64,000 bases of DNA, from positions 597,296 through 661,295 of the forward strand of contig NMRA01000057.1 of assembly GCA_002633005.1 (NCBI GenBank), written 5' to 3'. This stretch comes from Phoronis australis. Lineage: Eukaryota > Animalia > Phoronida. Positions 50,071 through 63,381 of the stretch are shown piece after piece. A program made the position numbers and the translations under genes. Each line of letters begins with the position of its first letter. The stretch's first letter is position 1. The notes under the pieces were generated by a model that was not told the DNA's origin, ran no database searches, and was given only the letters and a program-made list of their open reading frames with translations.

Positions 50071-53000
50071 CTGAGAAAGGAACATACTGATATCAGTTTT
50101 ACAAATATAAGGTGAATGGTCTAAATCAAAACTTATAGATTCATGTTTTCTGACAGAAGGTGACTTTCAGCGGCAGTTTCCTGACACGTGCAAAACACAA
50201 GGCCAACGTATTCTTTACACAACTTAGTGGAACACAGAAGGATGAAAGTACCAGTTTAATGTTACACTTTGGCCAAGCAACCAACAAAACATTTACTTAC
50301 ATGCAAGCAAGGTTGATATGCAAAAATGAAAAAACAAAATAACATTTGAGTGTGTGTTGTAATTTTTTCAGGTGAAGTTCAAAGATAACGATACATACAA
50401 AAATAAACAAAGATGAAGATGAAATATAGATATGATGAAATGTTAACTGACACTTCTATGAATATAAATTCCGTATTATTATAAAGTTCCTTTATACCTG
50501 GCTTTTACACTCTGTAAATAGTTAATGAATTAAGAGACCAGACGGCATTTCCAACTGCGTTCAGTCCTTTCCGGATGGATGACAACTGAAATTCGATAGA
50601 CAACATATTAGAGCAGGGCAAATATATTGATACTACTGCTACATCTTTCCATATCATTGAAACAAATGATAAATAATTCAGAACCATCTACACCATGCTG
50701 CAATACTTCATTTTAGTAAAATACCACCAATATAAGTACACAATATGGTGGACAGGCGAAATTTTATTTTCTCAACTTTTCACAAATGATGCCGAAATAT
50801 TGCTTTGTCGATCTGTACCATAGCCACCAACACACAATATTTTAAAAAATCATGGACATTCAAAACAATGTTAGAGGTCTTTGGAAACTATTTTTGTCGG
50901 AAATTGGCGAGACAAAATATCTTCAATATAATTTCCACTCAAGAGGGAGTGCAATTTTCAAAATGTATCCAGTCTATGGTTAAGCCCTACTGCACTCTTT
51001 CCACCATCATACACACTCGTACACTGTACATATACAGCACACATAAGACAAATTTAGACAAAAAATGATTTTCCCACGATGGCTAATTCTGTTTACAGCA
51101 AAAATGACTGGTAACTGTTGTTATGGCAGAAAAATTGTAATTACATAATTAATTAGAAACCTTACTTAATTATGTTCTCGTTAATGCTCCTTCACCATCA
51201 GTCATCTCAAGGTAGGCTACTTATGATGATGAATTGTGCACCCATCCAGCTGTCACCACGGGGAATTTCAAGTCATTTTGTCTGAATTAGTTTGCTGTGT
51301 ACTGTTTGCTTCAAAAAGGCCTTATGTACTATGGAGTTAGAATGTTCAGTGAACTAACATTTTTTCACATAACTATGCAAATTTTAGTCCCAATGTTAAA
51401 GGCGAATTTAACCGGTCTAAATTAAAGATGGTAATTAAAGTTAGAATAGTCTAAACGATTGGATTAGCGAGCTAGGTGACCTAAGCACAGAGCGAAATGT
51501 TAAGATTGGCTTACTTCCTTGACGGTCCTTAATTGTTTGAGATCCAATTGCAAGTGGTCAACCTCTGAGTTTTTGGTTTGATTACAGTTCAGGACATTAT
51601 TCGCAACAAATATTGACAATCTTTAATTCACCAAACAATAACTGATGATTCATTCACATATTCTTCCGAATCCATGACACAAGTTCCGGCAAATGAGAAA
51701 ATGGGTGATTGTGGAACTATAGGGTAAATCTTGTCCTTTCTATAAAAAATACCCATAAATCATTGACCCAGATATAGATACAAATTGTACTTAGCTTTTT
51801 TCAGTATATACACTATGCAAAACCATATGGCTCACCCAACAATAACAGGAATCTCAGACCAGTTTAAGGGATACCACCTGTCAGCTGTAGAGATCACCAC
51901 ATGAGGGACAACCTTACACATGCTAACAATTGTATGATGACACTTGGCTTGCCTCAGTCAATACATCTGCTGCCCCCTGGTTTGGAAATTGACTCATTTA
52001 AGTAGCATACAAAACACAATTAACGAGGAGCATTATAACGTGGCAGTTTTAGATTGTAAAAGTCTTAGTTCTCATCCGATTTTCAAAATTAAAAACCTGT
52101 CCGCGAGTGTACATACATTTAACGAACTATTCAAACATGCTATATAAAAGCTTCAAAAGTAATGTAACTTTAAAAATACTATTGTCACCCCTAATGTATT
52201 ATGATGGGTCTCATATACCCAGAGAACTTATTGAGTAGCCAATGTAATTAACTACAACAGCATGGTGTCTAAATTTGATCAATGGGTAGGGAGAACAGCA
52301 TTTTTCAAAAATTTTAGAAAATGTGCATGTAACATACATCATTAGAAAGCTCTTTTCGAGAATAAAATAATGATAGTAAAACTTTTTAAATTGGACTAAT
52401 GGTTCCGGAGAAAATGTCATTTTCGTGTCAAAATTTTTGGTAAAAATTCTGTCAAATCGAATCTACGAGTTCAAAATATTATTATTTCAAAACTAAGAAA
52501 CGTAAATAGACATGTATTACATCATTTTAAAGAACTTTTTATGATGAATAATTTGCCAAAAAAACATTTTGATTAGATGTTCCTGTGCGAAGATATTGAC
52601 CTTAAAGTCAACACAGCCGACAAAGAGAAGTCACTAAGTACAATTTTGCGATTTAGAATTTTCATAAAATAACAATTACTCCAGGAAAAAAACAAATAAG
52701 GTATCATTTTAAAGATTTTTCATCAGGAAAGTTGAAACTTGATAAATGATTGAGCAAATTACTGATATTATTTGTGATATTATTTTTAACAATCATGCTG
52801 TTTGCAACCGATTTAACTTTCTTATTTGTCAAAATCAATCACATTAAATAAAAATTAAAGATAAAAATCATTTCAAAAATGTATTGATGACAAGTATGAT
52901 AAATAGAACATTATAATACAAGCTTCTGAAAGACATATAATAAATAAACTTTTACATAAACTTTCCACAACAATGTAATAAAATGAACACCCTGTCATGA

Positions 53001-53119
53001 ACCATCCAGGAATGTTCATGCTATAAAACCAACAACTGCAATATTCATAATCCTAAAATTGTCTCAAGTGATATGAACACAAAAAAGAATCTATGATGGA
53101 CAGATAAAGAAAGTTCTCA

Positions 53120-53420
53120 AGGCATCCTCAAGGAAGGAGGGGCCAAACCCTTTCAGTGACAATTGACAGTGGAGTACCTTCCAGTAAACAGACGCTCAGT
53201 GGAGTTCCTTACACAGACTTGTGGTATCATCAAGGAAAGGGTCAAACCCTTTCACTGACTACTGTACGTCAGCAGGGTACCTTAGAGACTTGTGGCATCC
53301 TCAAGGAAAGGGAGCCAAACCCTTTCACTGACCAATTCAGTGGAGTACCTTACACAGACTTGTGGTGTCCTTCAGGAAGGGGGGGGGGGACAACCCTTTC
53401 TGACTATTGTAAGTCATTGG
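53120..53420. repeat. ~70-bp diverged tandem repeat, ~4 copies
   Basis: Recurring GACTTGTGGCATCCTCAAGGAA...AAACCCTTTCACTGAC...GTGGAGTACCTT. Confidence 0.8.
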
Positions 53421-54930
53421 AGTATCTATGTGCAACATTGAGTTATTCCAGCACTTTGAAGTCCCTCTGACCAAAGTCATCAATCAGCCGAAAGGAGTAG
53501 ATAGCCTCATCTTCATCGTAATGGATATTAAGCCAAGACAGATATCCAAGGACCTGAAAGAATACTATAATTCATAATTATTTGAACAGTGTTATGCGAA
53601 AATGTTACCCTACTTTGAAATTATGCACATCATTTTAACAAAGGTGACATAATAAAGTACTATTAAACTACAAGGTTGTGAAAAGAAAAAAGAAATAGCT
53701 AGATAGGTCATGTCAGTATTTGTCTGACAGTGTCTTAAGAAGTGTTGTTGGTATATGGTACTTCTTCGCGGACTCCTCAACAGCATCAGGAGCTGAAAAG
53801 CACCGCCTGATAGGTGGAGGGGAGAACCAAAGTGAAGGAGGCTTTGACCGTGTGTCCACAAGATCATGTCCAACTGAATAACTGATAAAATGCTAGTAGA
53901 ATCAGTAGAAGCAGGAAAGTAGAAGGATCTGGACCAAGAGCTAGAAGCAGAGTCTGGTGAGAAAGAAATGCGAGACATGATGATGATAGAAACTGAAAAA
54001 TAGGAGTGAAATTAAAAGAACAAAAATAATGAAGAAAATAACAACTGGTTTGGTCCACAGTAACTTCCAACAAAGCTTACCTGGAGGATATAGATCAGGG
54101 TGAGATTTATAAACAATCTAGGCAAACCTCACTTGTTCTGTTAAAAAAACTATATATACTGTCCAGTGGTCAGAAAAAAGTTTATCGAAAGCATGTATAT
54201 GTTTCATAGTAGTGGACCACAAAGTCTTGGAAACACAGGACTGCAGTAGAACTGTACACTTGTAATATTTGTTCAATCTAAAATTAAAATATTTTCATTT
54301 CCTATCTTGACATATCCTGAATAAAATGTCATGACCAACAAGGCAAGATGGGTGAGGACCTCTCTGGCAACAAGCCAACCCAAGTCTATCAGCGGCTTGA
54401 CCAACAAAAATGAGTAGCGAAATAGAAAAAAAATAAATATAAGAATCATTGTTCTCACTACGAGAAATGGCTGTTTAGTTTTCATTTACATTGAGTTTTC
54501 ATCAGAAAAAGTTGAAGTGCTTCAGTATTGTAAACCAAACATTCAACGCGATTCACAGGACCACCCCTAGCGGCAGTACTCGGAACTACGAAGTGAGTCA
54601 GAAATTCGCCTGATTGTCAGAAATTGACGAAATGTTCGTTTTAGAACAAGTGTTTGAAATAGTTCATTTATGAACCCTTTAGTGCGGAATACAGTTCATT
54701 ACATTCGCAAATTATGCTATATACCAATAAATTCAGATCGAAGTTGAAGGTCGCGGGAACAGGCAACTTTTTCAACTTTTAAGTGCAGGAAAGTGAAAAC
54801 TACTTACATAATCGTGTTCGCAAGGCTCCTTTTTGTTCTTTCACGAAGTTTCACATAAAAATTCGCGAGTTTAGTCTTCTCCTGGGTTGAAAAACAAATA
54901 GTAGTCATTTTTACCGGCAGCCATTTTGGT
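53400..54930 (-). other. Putative non-coding spliced leader exons (54808-~54930, 54081-54137, and an exon starting at 53553): GH20 5' UTR or a separate lncRNA
   Basis: gtaagt donor at 54807; tttttttaacag acceptor and CAG|gtaagc donor around a 57-nt exon; ctttcag acceptor at 53554. No long frame survives joining. The lower boundary is approximate. Confidence 0.4.
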
Positions 54931-55980
54931 CTGAAAAATCGGTCACGTCCCTGCAAAAAACTCATGCAAAGTATTATTAAACGAATTTTGCGACAGAAAA
55001 AGATTATCAGATAAGTAAAACAATATATTATTTCATACTTTGCAATAATTTTTATTCACATTTATTACATTTTTGAGTTATTTTTTGCCGATTGTAGTGA
55101 GCGAATTTAACACAGTGACAGATACGCGAAGAGATTCGCTGAAGAACGCTGTCCTCGCTACAATGGGACAGATTCTGAGATGTATGACCTGCAAAACCAG
55201 TCAATTAAGCTGCCCAATCTTGACCAGTAAGGATGTCAACAAAGGATTCTTTTGATGCATAACCTGTCTCATTATGACTGGTATTTCACACTGTATGATG
55301 TGTTACAAAGCAGCAGTGAATCTAGTTTGCTGGGTTTTTAAACATGTGGTGAATGAGAGAAGTCTACAAGTTAGCTGCTGTTAAGAGTGCCTGTGCCTGC
55401 GGACAAACACATGGGCAGCGCACCATAGGGGGCTAGGGGGGGGGGGGGGGGNACGGTCTATAGGCGGTGCACCACAGGGGGGAGGGGAGGCTGAGGGGGC
55501 TTTAGCCCCCCACTTTTTTCAGTGCTGTGCCACCCATGAAACAGTGGCAGCACCAAACTCAGTTGGCCTACAAGTTACACAGATCACCAGACACCACTTC
55601 ACTTGTCAGTCACACTCAGTCACAAGGTCAGTGCAAGCGAGCTAACGTGCAGCAATACATCGAATATAATACCACGAAAATCCCACTCACCGCTTTCACT
55701 ATCTGTGACGCAATACGCAAAATTCTTCTGCCTGGCTAAAACGCTTACAAGTAAAATATTCTCGCTAACTTGTTTCATCAATCGCGTGCCAGTGCATTGT
55801 ACCAGATACGTGCGATACGTAGGCCTACCCTACTTTTCCAACCTCGTCCCCAAGCCTCAAGGTGACGCTGCTCGGTTAATTCATCAAATCACACTTATAG
55901 ACGAGAAAAAACGAGAACATTCTTATTTTGGTCGGACATTGAAAAAAATCGATTTACTGATTTGAGTGATTATTATCTAG
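54880..55980. promoter_or_regulatory. Putative divergent promoter region between the GH20/leader transcript (-) and CSPP1 (+)
   Basis: YY1-type CAAAATGGCTG on the minus strand near 54918-54928, raised CpG density, and splice signals pointing outward on both sides. Confidence 0.4.
55410..55538. mobile_element. Mini-MITE, CATGGGCGGCGCA family (reverse orientation, spans the N at 55452)
   Basis: CATGGGCAGCGCACCA ... TGTGCCACCCATG, flanked by AAACA on both sides. Confidence 0.6.
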
Positions 55981-57150
55981 TAAGAAGGCTGATTATGTAG
56001 CCAGTTTTGTAGATTAAGCACCGTATGTGTTCACGTTTATATCTGTCTGATTAAATTTACAATTTTAAAGAAGGAAGACCGTCGGATTCACTACTAGTCC
56101 CCTCCTATTTCTGACCAGCTGACTGTGTACATGTTGCCTGGCTGCAGATGCGGGCACCAGAAATCTGCTTGTTATGAATTTACACTGCCGTTATCATGTG
56201 AATCAAGATAAAGGTAGGTAGTTTATTGAAGAAAGATGATGGACCTGAAGTATAGTGGTTCCAAGCAAATGGTTCGTTTTTAATTTCGCCGGATTAAACT
56301 AGTAAAAGAAAATACAAGCAACGAAGCAGTTCGTAGCTTTTTTGCAGCCCATGTTGTGCAGCTAACTACAAAGATTAGTAGCACGTACAGTAAGCTAAGT
56401 TCATTGCTAGTCTGTTCAATTTCGCATCTTGGGCTCTCAAATAACTGCACGTGTTGATATATATAATTTTGAGTTGTGTGAAAATTGGCCGAATGGTTTG
56501 GACTCCATGCAGAGTCCAGGCTCAGGTTTAGCGAGGGGTTGCATGCTGCTTTGATTCCAACTGTGAACTGAATCAAGAAAAAGTACATATCATGACTTGT
56601 TTTCTGAGCCAGTTTTCTCCACTGAATAACGGGCATCAACTGGTTCACAAAATGCGGGCACATTGTTTCAGACTATTGGCACTTACAGTGTGGCTGATCC
56701 GTACTGAAAAACTCCAGCATTGCTTTTCATTTGCCTTAATATAAGAAAGACTAGTTTCTAGGCACTCTGCTAACAACTGAGTTATAAGGCATCATCTCTG
56801 TTTGACTTAAATGAATAGATTTTGCTGCATTGTACTAGTCCATTAATCCATGGCTTGAATTTGATTTAAAACGCTATTGTTTGATTATCAAAACTTGTCT
56901 CTAAATGTGACTTGTTTAAACAACTGTTATTAAATTGCCATGGCGATATCAAAGCCCGTTATCTTATCCTGTTTCATAGTTAAGAATAGTCACAAACTTA
57001 ATCTTTGTCAGTGAAGCTGTGCGAAGGCTTCTGTGTATGTGACATTGTTTGCTATGGTTAAACTAGAATTGAATTTTGTGAGGCGACCTGCTGTGAAGAG
57101 ACTTGCTAAATCAAAGGTATGTGTCTTTCAGTTGACAGTTGTACACCAAC

Positions 57151-57246
57151 ATGAGTGACCTCGATATTGAGGCGTACATAGCAGCCCAAAAGGAGAAGTT
57201 AATTAGAGAGCGACAACTCATTCAAAATGCTCCTGTCCAGCAGAAG
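57151..57246 (+). CDS. CSPP1: Centrosome and spindle pole-associated protein 1-like, coding exon 1
   Basis: ccaacATG; MSDLDIEAYIAAQKEKLIRERQLIQNAPVQQK resembles the CSPP1 N-terminal LDxFIxxQKxKLxxE helix; tctttcag acceptor upstream, AAG|gtttgt donor. Confidence 0.7.
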
Positions 57247-57266
57247 GTTTGTACATTATCAACTTG

Positions 57267-59051
57267 CAGGGCTCAACATTAACAGTTGCCTGATTGCCCG
57301 TGTACATGTAGATTTTGCGTCGGGCAAGTGGAATTTGAAAAGTACCTGCCCGATGGGCAAGTTAAAAAGCTGGCCGCATAGGCAAGTAGATCCTAAGATT
57401 GTCTGCTCGACATTTGCTCCAAAGTAACGAACCCCGACACAAACCTAAATACTGTCGAAAAACCCCCGGTGGCCGACAATGAAACTCCCGTCTTTGAATG
57501 AGCACTGTAAGGAAAATTGAACGAGTGTGATGCTGCATGCTCACATGACGCCCGCTGTCAAATCCTTTCGATTCTCTGAATGAGCCCTGCAGTTTATGAA
57601 TAAGTTGTCACGTGATACTACTGATCGTCTGCACTCTGGCAAAATGTCCAAACCGCTTCCTTGGATCAGTTGCTAAAAATGACCTCAGGAAGAATCAAAG
57701 CAACAATATGAAAAGAAAAGGGTGCAGGGGTGGGTTCCATCATGTGAAATTAGATTTCCTGGACTGCGAGACAGGGATGATGTGTGAAGTAGGCTACTGC
57801 GTTCGTCGGCGTATGTAAGTCTAAAGTCATACAGATAAGTGCTAAAGCTAAAAAGTGAATGACTGACCACATATTTTCTACACTACACAGCAGTTTTACA
57901 GGCCTGGTTGTATTCGGGGGGCATTCCAAAGGAAAAACTTATGAATTCCCGGCTGCCGGTGGCGACTCCAAAAGAAGAGGAAGGGTGACTTTTTCGCAGT
58001 CTATTTATTTTTCAAAAATGTAATTATTTATATTGAAAATAAAAGTATATGTGGCATTATTATACCGGTATGTTAAAATTTGATTTTAAACTAATACAAG
58101 GTACTGTTGACCAAAACCGTGCAAGATTTTTACGGATAGCAAATTCAAATTCAGGTTAGCGTATAAACTATGAATTCACAGAAGTGTCTAAAGTTCGTGT
58201 CCTAGATCATTTCGGCGCCTGTGAGCGTGAGACAATGGTTCAGATAGCATAGTTACTCTGCTAATTTGTCTCTAGTGTTTTGACACACCTTATAAGAATC
58301 GTCAAAAAACAGCAACTCAATTATATAGCATGTGTGACAGAGACTCTATATAACTTGTTAGGCAGCGTTGTTTGTGTATTTTCTCAGTTCTAACGAAAAC
58401 CTGTGTTTGTGAACGTTGATGTTTTAAATAAAATAATCTTTCGATTTGAATAAGATTTATGTTGAACACATCACAGTGATATTCATAATTTACAAAACAG
58501 AACCATGCATTAGACCTACCGCAAGAGTAATTTTACTGCCGGAGAATTAGCTGTAACAATTATAAGAAAAATACTTTTGTAGAATGTAAATTCATTTGTT
58601 TTGTAACTGTTTTCTTACCGGCTCGCGTAGTATGCCTACGACCGGTAAGAATGAGAAAAGAATATAGAATTTTGGGAGAAAACCAACAGAGCACGTCTTA
58701 TTTTGAAAAGAAATTCGGCTGAGACTCCTCGTGAAAACCAAAGGCCGCATCAAATGCAATACGCTGATAATTAACCAATAAGAGTACGCCACAAAGAAAT
58801 GTTTACAAACGTCACACACCATTGTTGACATCAAACTTAGGTAACAGCTTAAACATAGTCGAATTGAGTACTCCTGTTACACATGCACAGCAGTAGAGGA
58901 GGCTAAGTACAGACAGCCCTATGGTAACACATTACCTATGTGATTTGTGCAAATGCACGGTGCTATTTGAAATTGTTCTCAGGGCAAGTGAGTTTGTTGG
59001 TCGGGCAAGTAAAAACTTCAGCTACTTGCCCGAAGTTAATGTTGAGCACTG
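57267..59051. mobile_element. Non-autonomous hAT-like (hAT5-type) element, 1785 bp, in a CSPP1 intron
   Basis: TIR CAGGGCTCAACATTAAC / GTTAATGTTGAGCACTG (16/17); 5-bp TSD ACTTG; subterminal GGGCAAGT/TTGCCCG repeats at both ends. Confidence 0.85.
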
Positions 59052-59210
59052 ACTTGTGTGGTAAAAACTTGTTACAGTGACTATAAATCTACCTCCCATC
59101 ACAAAAACGTCCAATTTGGACCTCTTGCTGTTATGAAATAGATCTCAAATTGTTTCTTAGTCAAATCTGAGGTCATTCCAGGGCTTCGAAAGAATTGACA
59201 CTGTGTTGCT

Positions 59211-59309
59211 TGGTACAGGCTGTACAAGCTGTCTTGGTACTAGGCTGTGCGAGCTGTCTTGGTACCAGGCTGTGCGAGCTGTCTTGGTACCAGGCTGTAC
59301 AAGCTGTTT
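59211..59309. repeat. 25-bp minisatellite, 4 copies
   Basis: Unit TGGTACCAGGCTGTGCGAGCTGTCT. Confidence 0.9.
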
Positions 59310-60235
59310 TGCCTTGGTATGTTGTTTATACCCTGACCATGATCTCAAGGAATAACAAACTCTTAGTTCTAAATAGCAAACTCTAAAATCACCCCTCATC
59401 TGAGCAAGTGAGTTGACTCTAATATTGTAGAAGTTTGTTTCTTGGATGGAAGGAGTGTTTAATATACCCACTTATCATACTAGAATATTTGTTTTTGTTC
59501 AGACATAATATGAGAATGAGAAGAAAAGCATTTGTACGCACACACAGAGATTTGGAACTGAATCCAATCCATATTTCGTATTATGTGATCTGAACTTCCA
59601 TCTAATTTTCTAGTATGTTTCATTATCCATTTTGGGGTATAACGAGAACTAGATCAGGTAGAACATTGACTGTCTATAGAAACTTACTTTCCTCAAAATG
59701 TCCTGTTTGCGTTATTTCATTTTGGTTGTTGATTTCTCCGATGCTCTATTCTAGTACTGCGTTTGTGTGTTTGGTAACTTTTGAAGTCAGATGTATACAG
59801 TTACTAAAAGGTTAAAAAAGATTTCAATCTTAAAACATCAAGGAAATTTCTCAGCTGGAAATATTAGAACTAAAGGCTATAAAATCATTTGCAAATGTCA
59901 ACCTTGTATAATGAAGTATTCCTGACCACTGATATACACAATCGCGTGTTTGGTTTTGTCACGTGATCATTTTCTAGATGCTGCGAGAAATGAAAAGTTA
60001 ACTCTTCATTTTCCAACAAAATACGGTACTTACTGGAATTCACAGTTGTTGTGGAACATTATGTGTTTGATAATATCTTAAGCGCATCAAATTGAGTTTT
60101 CATGTGCAGAGAGCCTACAAGATTCAAGTAATTGATCAGAATAGAAACAGAATTGACTGTATTCATTTCTGTTTAGAACTATGTTCCATTGGTTTCATAT
60201 GCCTTTTGTCTTTCACCTCTTTTCTTTTCTTTTAG

Positions 60236-60307
60236 CGTCTTGACCCTGACTACAGTAGTAGGAAGCGTTGGGAACCTGCACAAAATCCTGACCAGTACCT
60301 TCCGCCT
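60236..60307 (+). CDS. CSPP1: CSPP1-like coding exon 2
   Basis: Very strong polypyrimidine acceptor (tcttttcttttcttttag), 72 nt phase 0-0, RLDPDYSSRKRWEPAQNPDQYLPP, donor gttagt. Confidence 0.65.
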
Positions 60308-61401
60308 GTTAGTGTATATTTATTTTCATTCAGTTCAAGTTAATACTGCAATTTACCCTGTTTAGCTGGCTAAATACAAAAGTCAAATTTAATATCCTTG
60401 TATTATCATAAAACTGATCTCTAATGGTGATAGATTTCTGTATTGGTTACCAACAAGAACTGAACTCTTATGGTGATGCAGTTCAGTTACCAACAAGAAC
60501 ATTGAAGCCATCAACAACTCATTCAAGAAAACCCTTCAAAGTGTTTTAAGTTCCAAGGCTTACAGTGAAATTGTCTATTTGAAATTATAGTGCATGTATG
60601 CATTGCCTTTGATTTAAGTTGGGTGACGAAAATTGAGCCTATTGCGATAAGAAATATTGTGAGACAAATTTTATGAGAGCAACAGGCCTAAATCGATTTT
60701 CATATTTAAGCCAGCTAAATATGGTGAAAATCTGCTGCAGCTGCTTTAAAGTATTCAGTTGTCAAAGACTTGTTTAATGTTCTTGCTTTTTGGTTAATTA
60801 TTTTTTGCTGCCAGAACTCGTATTGATAAATGTTGAATACAAGATGTCTTTGAATTTGGAGCAATGTTTATTGTGTACGAAGAGTCACCAGTCTTCATTT
60901 TTGTTCCATATTAACGCTGCCTCGCACAAACTTAGAAGGGAACTTGACGTGTCATTGTTAGAATTCGTGTGAATTCTGTTCCCATTGGGTAATTGTGGGT
61001 CTGATGAGTTTAGCACAAGAGATAACCATAATTATAGACTGTTGGTAATGATGTTTTTGGATAGTGCGATGTAGGTTTATAGTAAACCTTGTTCATGATA
61101 GTATATTTTCTTGATCAAATATTTCTCAGAACTTGTGGTCAAATCTCTCCAATTTATGACTCACTATGATAGACAAGTAAAATTTCAGTTTCCCAATTTT
61201 TCAAAAAAGTTCTGTAGCATCATAATTTTGTAATGCTATAGCAGTAGTTTCAAGGGCAATTCTGATAAGACTTATTTGTCCAATGTTGATGCGATTGTGC
61301 TATAGCTGCAGGTCTCCTGTCTTTGTCCCTGTTCAGATTTAGAATTGAGTTTTCAGTAACATAATCTTTAATTAATTGAACATTTTCATTGACCCCAAAA
61401 G

Positions 61402-61536
61402 ACTGACAAAACTTCGCCCGGTAAGAGAGAGCCAGACTCTACCGAGAATGGCGTGCTTCCCCTCGGAGGTTATGAACAGCGCCGTCTTCAGTTGAATGCA
61501 GAGCGCAAACGCGAGTATAACGAACAGTTAGTGAAG
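61402..61536 (+). CDS. CSPP1: CSPP1-like coding exon 3
   Basis: TDKTSPGKREPDSTENGVLPLGGYEQRRLQLNAERKREYNEQLVK contains the CSPP1-type LPLGxYExxxxxLxxExxxxY repeat; AAG|gtagtc donor; acceptor (ccccaaaag) is less certain. Confidence 0.7.
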
Positions 61537-63216
61537 GTAGTCACTTGTGGTGTTTAGTCCAGATCTCTGGTGGCTGTTACTAACACAATTGTTCAGGTGT
61601 CGCATGCGTTATTTTTTGAGTTGGTGTGGGAATTAATTATCCTAGCTTGTGAATTTTACTCTGCATTGCATAATTTGCATTTTGTGTATCAGTGAGCGTT
61701 TCCAGTTTCTGTTGAGGTATTGATAAGTCATTTGCAATAATTTTGTTATGCTTGAATTTTAAAATCATGTTCCAGTCTCCGAAACTCTGCATTATTCATT
61801 TTGTCACTGCAAATTGTAGCACATCTTTTGTGTGCATGCAGTTATTAAAACTAAGCATTTCCTCACTGTCTAAGTTCCAAAAAGCGTAAGTTCTTAAAAT
61901 CTGCTTTATGATATTTCCTCATAATAGGACCCGATTTCAAACAGCAGTAAAGAAACTATCTGTGAGTAAAATAAATCCTTATGATCAGAGTTTACTGGGG
62001 CTGTCCAACTTAAAATTGCGAATTTGCTTTGCCTCTGAATTGAGTTGCTAGCTTACTTGGCAACAATTCAAGATGAACATGATAAAATTTTTGAACCCCA
62101 AAATCCTTTTATTAAGAGTTCAACGTTGACAGTGGCATTGTGGCGTGATGCCTTTTTGAATGTTTTCAGTACAGTTGGGTAGAGTAACCAGTGGCTGGTT
62201 GCATAAAACACTACCAAATAGGGTCTCAACTAAGGTCCCTAAGTCTTTTGGCGTATTTGTGTATGTATGAACTCACAGATGTTGCAATATTTTTATATCA
62301 CTTCATCTTTATTACGAGCTCCTCTTTGATTAATGACATTTTCTAATAATATAACTAAAATTTGAGCCCTGAATTCATTGAAAATAAATGGGGTCTCGAT
62401 CCTTAAATTGGGGGTGTTGCATGAAAAGATCCTAGTTACTTTAGATAATATTGACAATGCAGAATTCACTCTCGATTTGTATCAAAGCCAAAGTTGACTT
62501 GGCTATGAAGCTAAAACAATACAAGAACGTGCAATCAATGAATGTTTTCACAAGTCCACAAATACACAGTAGATTTAGGAAACTTAGTCGAGTCCCTATT
62601 TGGGACTGTTTCATGCATCTGGCTGCAGGTGTCACTGTGGTGTTGGGTGCTTGCATGTTACGGAAAATTTCTGACACAAATCTTCATGATGTATATTCTT
62701 CTTTCTAGTTATCTAATTCTGCTCTTGGATTACATTTGTTAATGCAGGCTATAAACAAGAGTGGGAATCAAAATATGTTTTTACTTAGCTTGACACATTT
62801 TGCGTTATTGTGGCCCAAAAAGTTAAGGCAATAAAGATGTTTTTGTTGTGTTTAGTTTGGGATACCACAGAAACCTAGTTAATATTTATACTGGCTCCAA
62901 AAGTAAATCCATGGCAAATATTATTGTCTGTAAAATTCCAAAAAGCGAGAATTAGTGCCTGCATGTTTTAAAAAATCGTGGTGTTGTATGATTTCGGAAA
63001 TAAGCGTTTGAAGGTTTTTTGTCAAATGTCATTTCTACGTTTTTCTGTATTTAATGGTATTTTAGTTTCAATAAGGAAAATGGTCATGATGATTTTGAAT
63101 TGTTTTACTTCAATTTAAAAAAAATATTACAACAGTAATTTTGTATGTGTTGTAAATTTGTAGTAGTTTTACGTTCATTACATTTCAGTGTGAAAATTTT
63201 TCTTCATTCTTTGCAG

Positions 63217-63381
63217 AATGGCTTGCCCCCTTCGGTACCCAAGGAAAACATACCTCCGCGGCGACGACCAGAGACTCCGCAGGAGCAAGGACTTCTGGGA
63301 GGAAAGCTAGGAGACTACGAACAAAAAAGGAAAAAGTTGGACGACGAGAGGAAAGACGAGTACAACAAGCTTCTAGCCCAG
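63217..63381 (+). CDS. CSPP1: CSPP1-like coding exon 4 (gene continues past the window end)
   Basis: ttctttgcag/gtaaag boundaries, 165 nt; NGLPPSVPKENIPPRRRPETPQEQGLLGGKLGDYEQKRKKLDDERKDEYNKLLAQ is a second copy of the same repeat. Confidence 0.75.

Noticed and set aside
51226-51287. C/D box snoRNA-like ATGATGA...CTGA
   Set aside because: On the strand opposite the presumed host transcript, with no terminal stem or recognisable rRNA guide; such motifs arise often by chance.
60995-61030. CTGATGAG as a hammerhead ribozyme core (also at 2811 and 18294)
   Set aside because: No stem II followed by GAAA in the required geometry.
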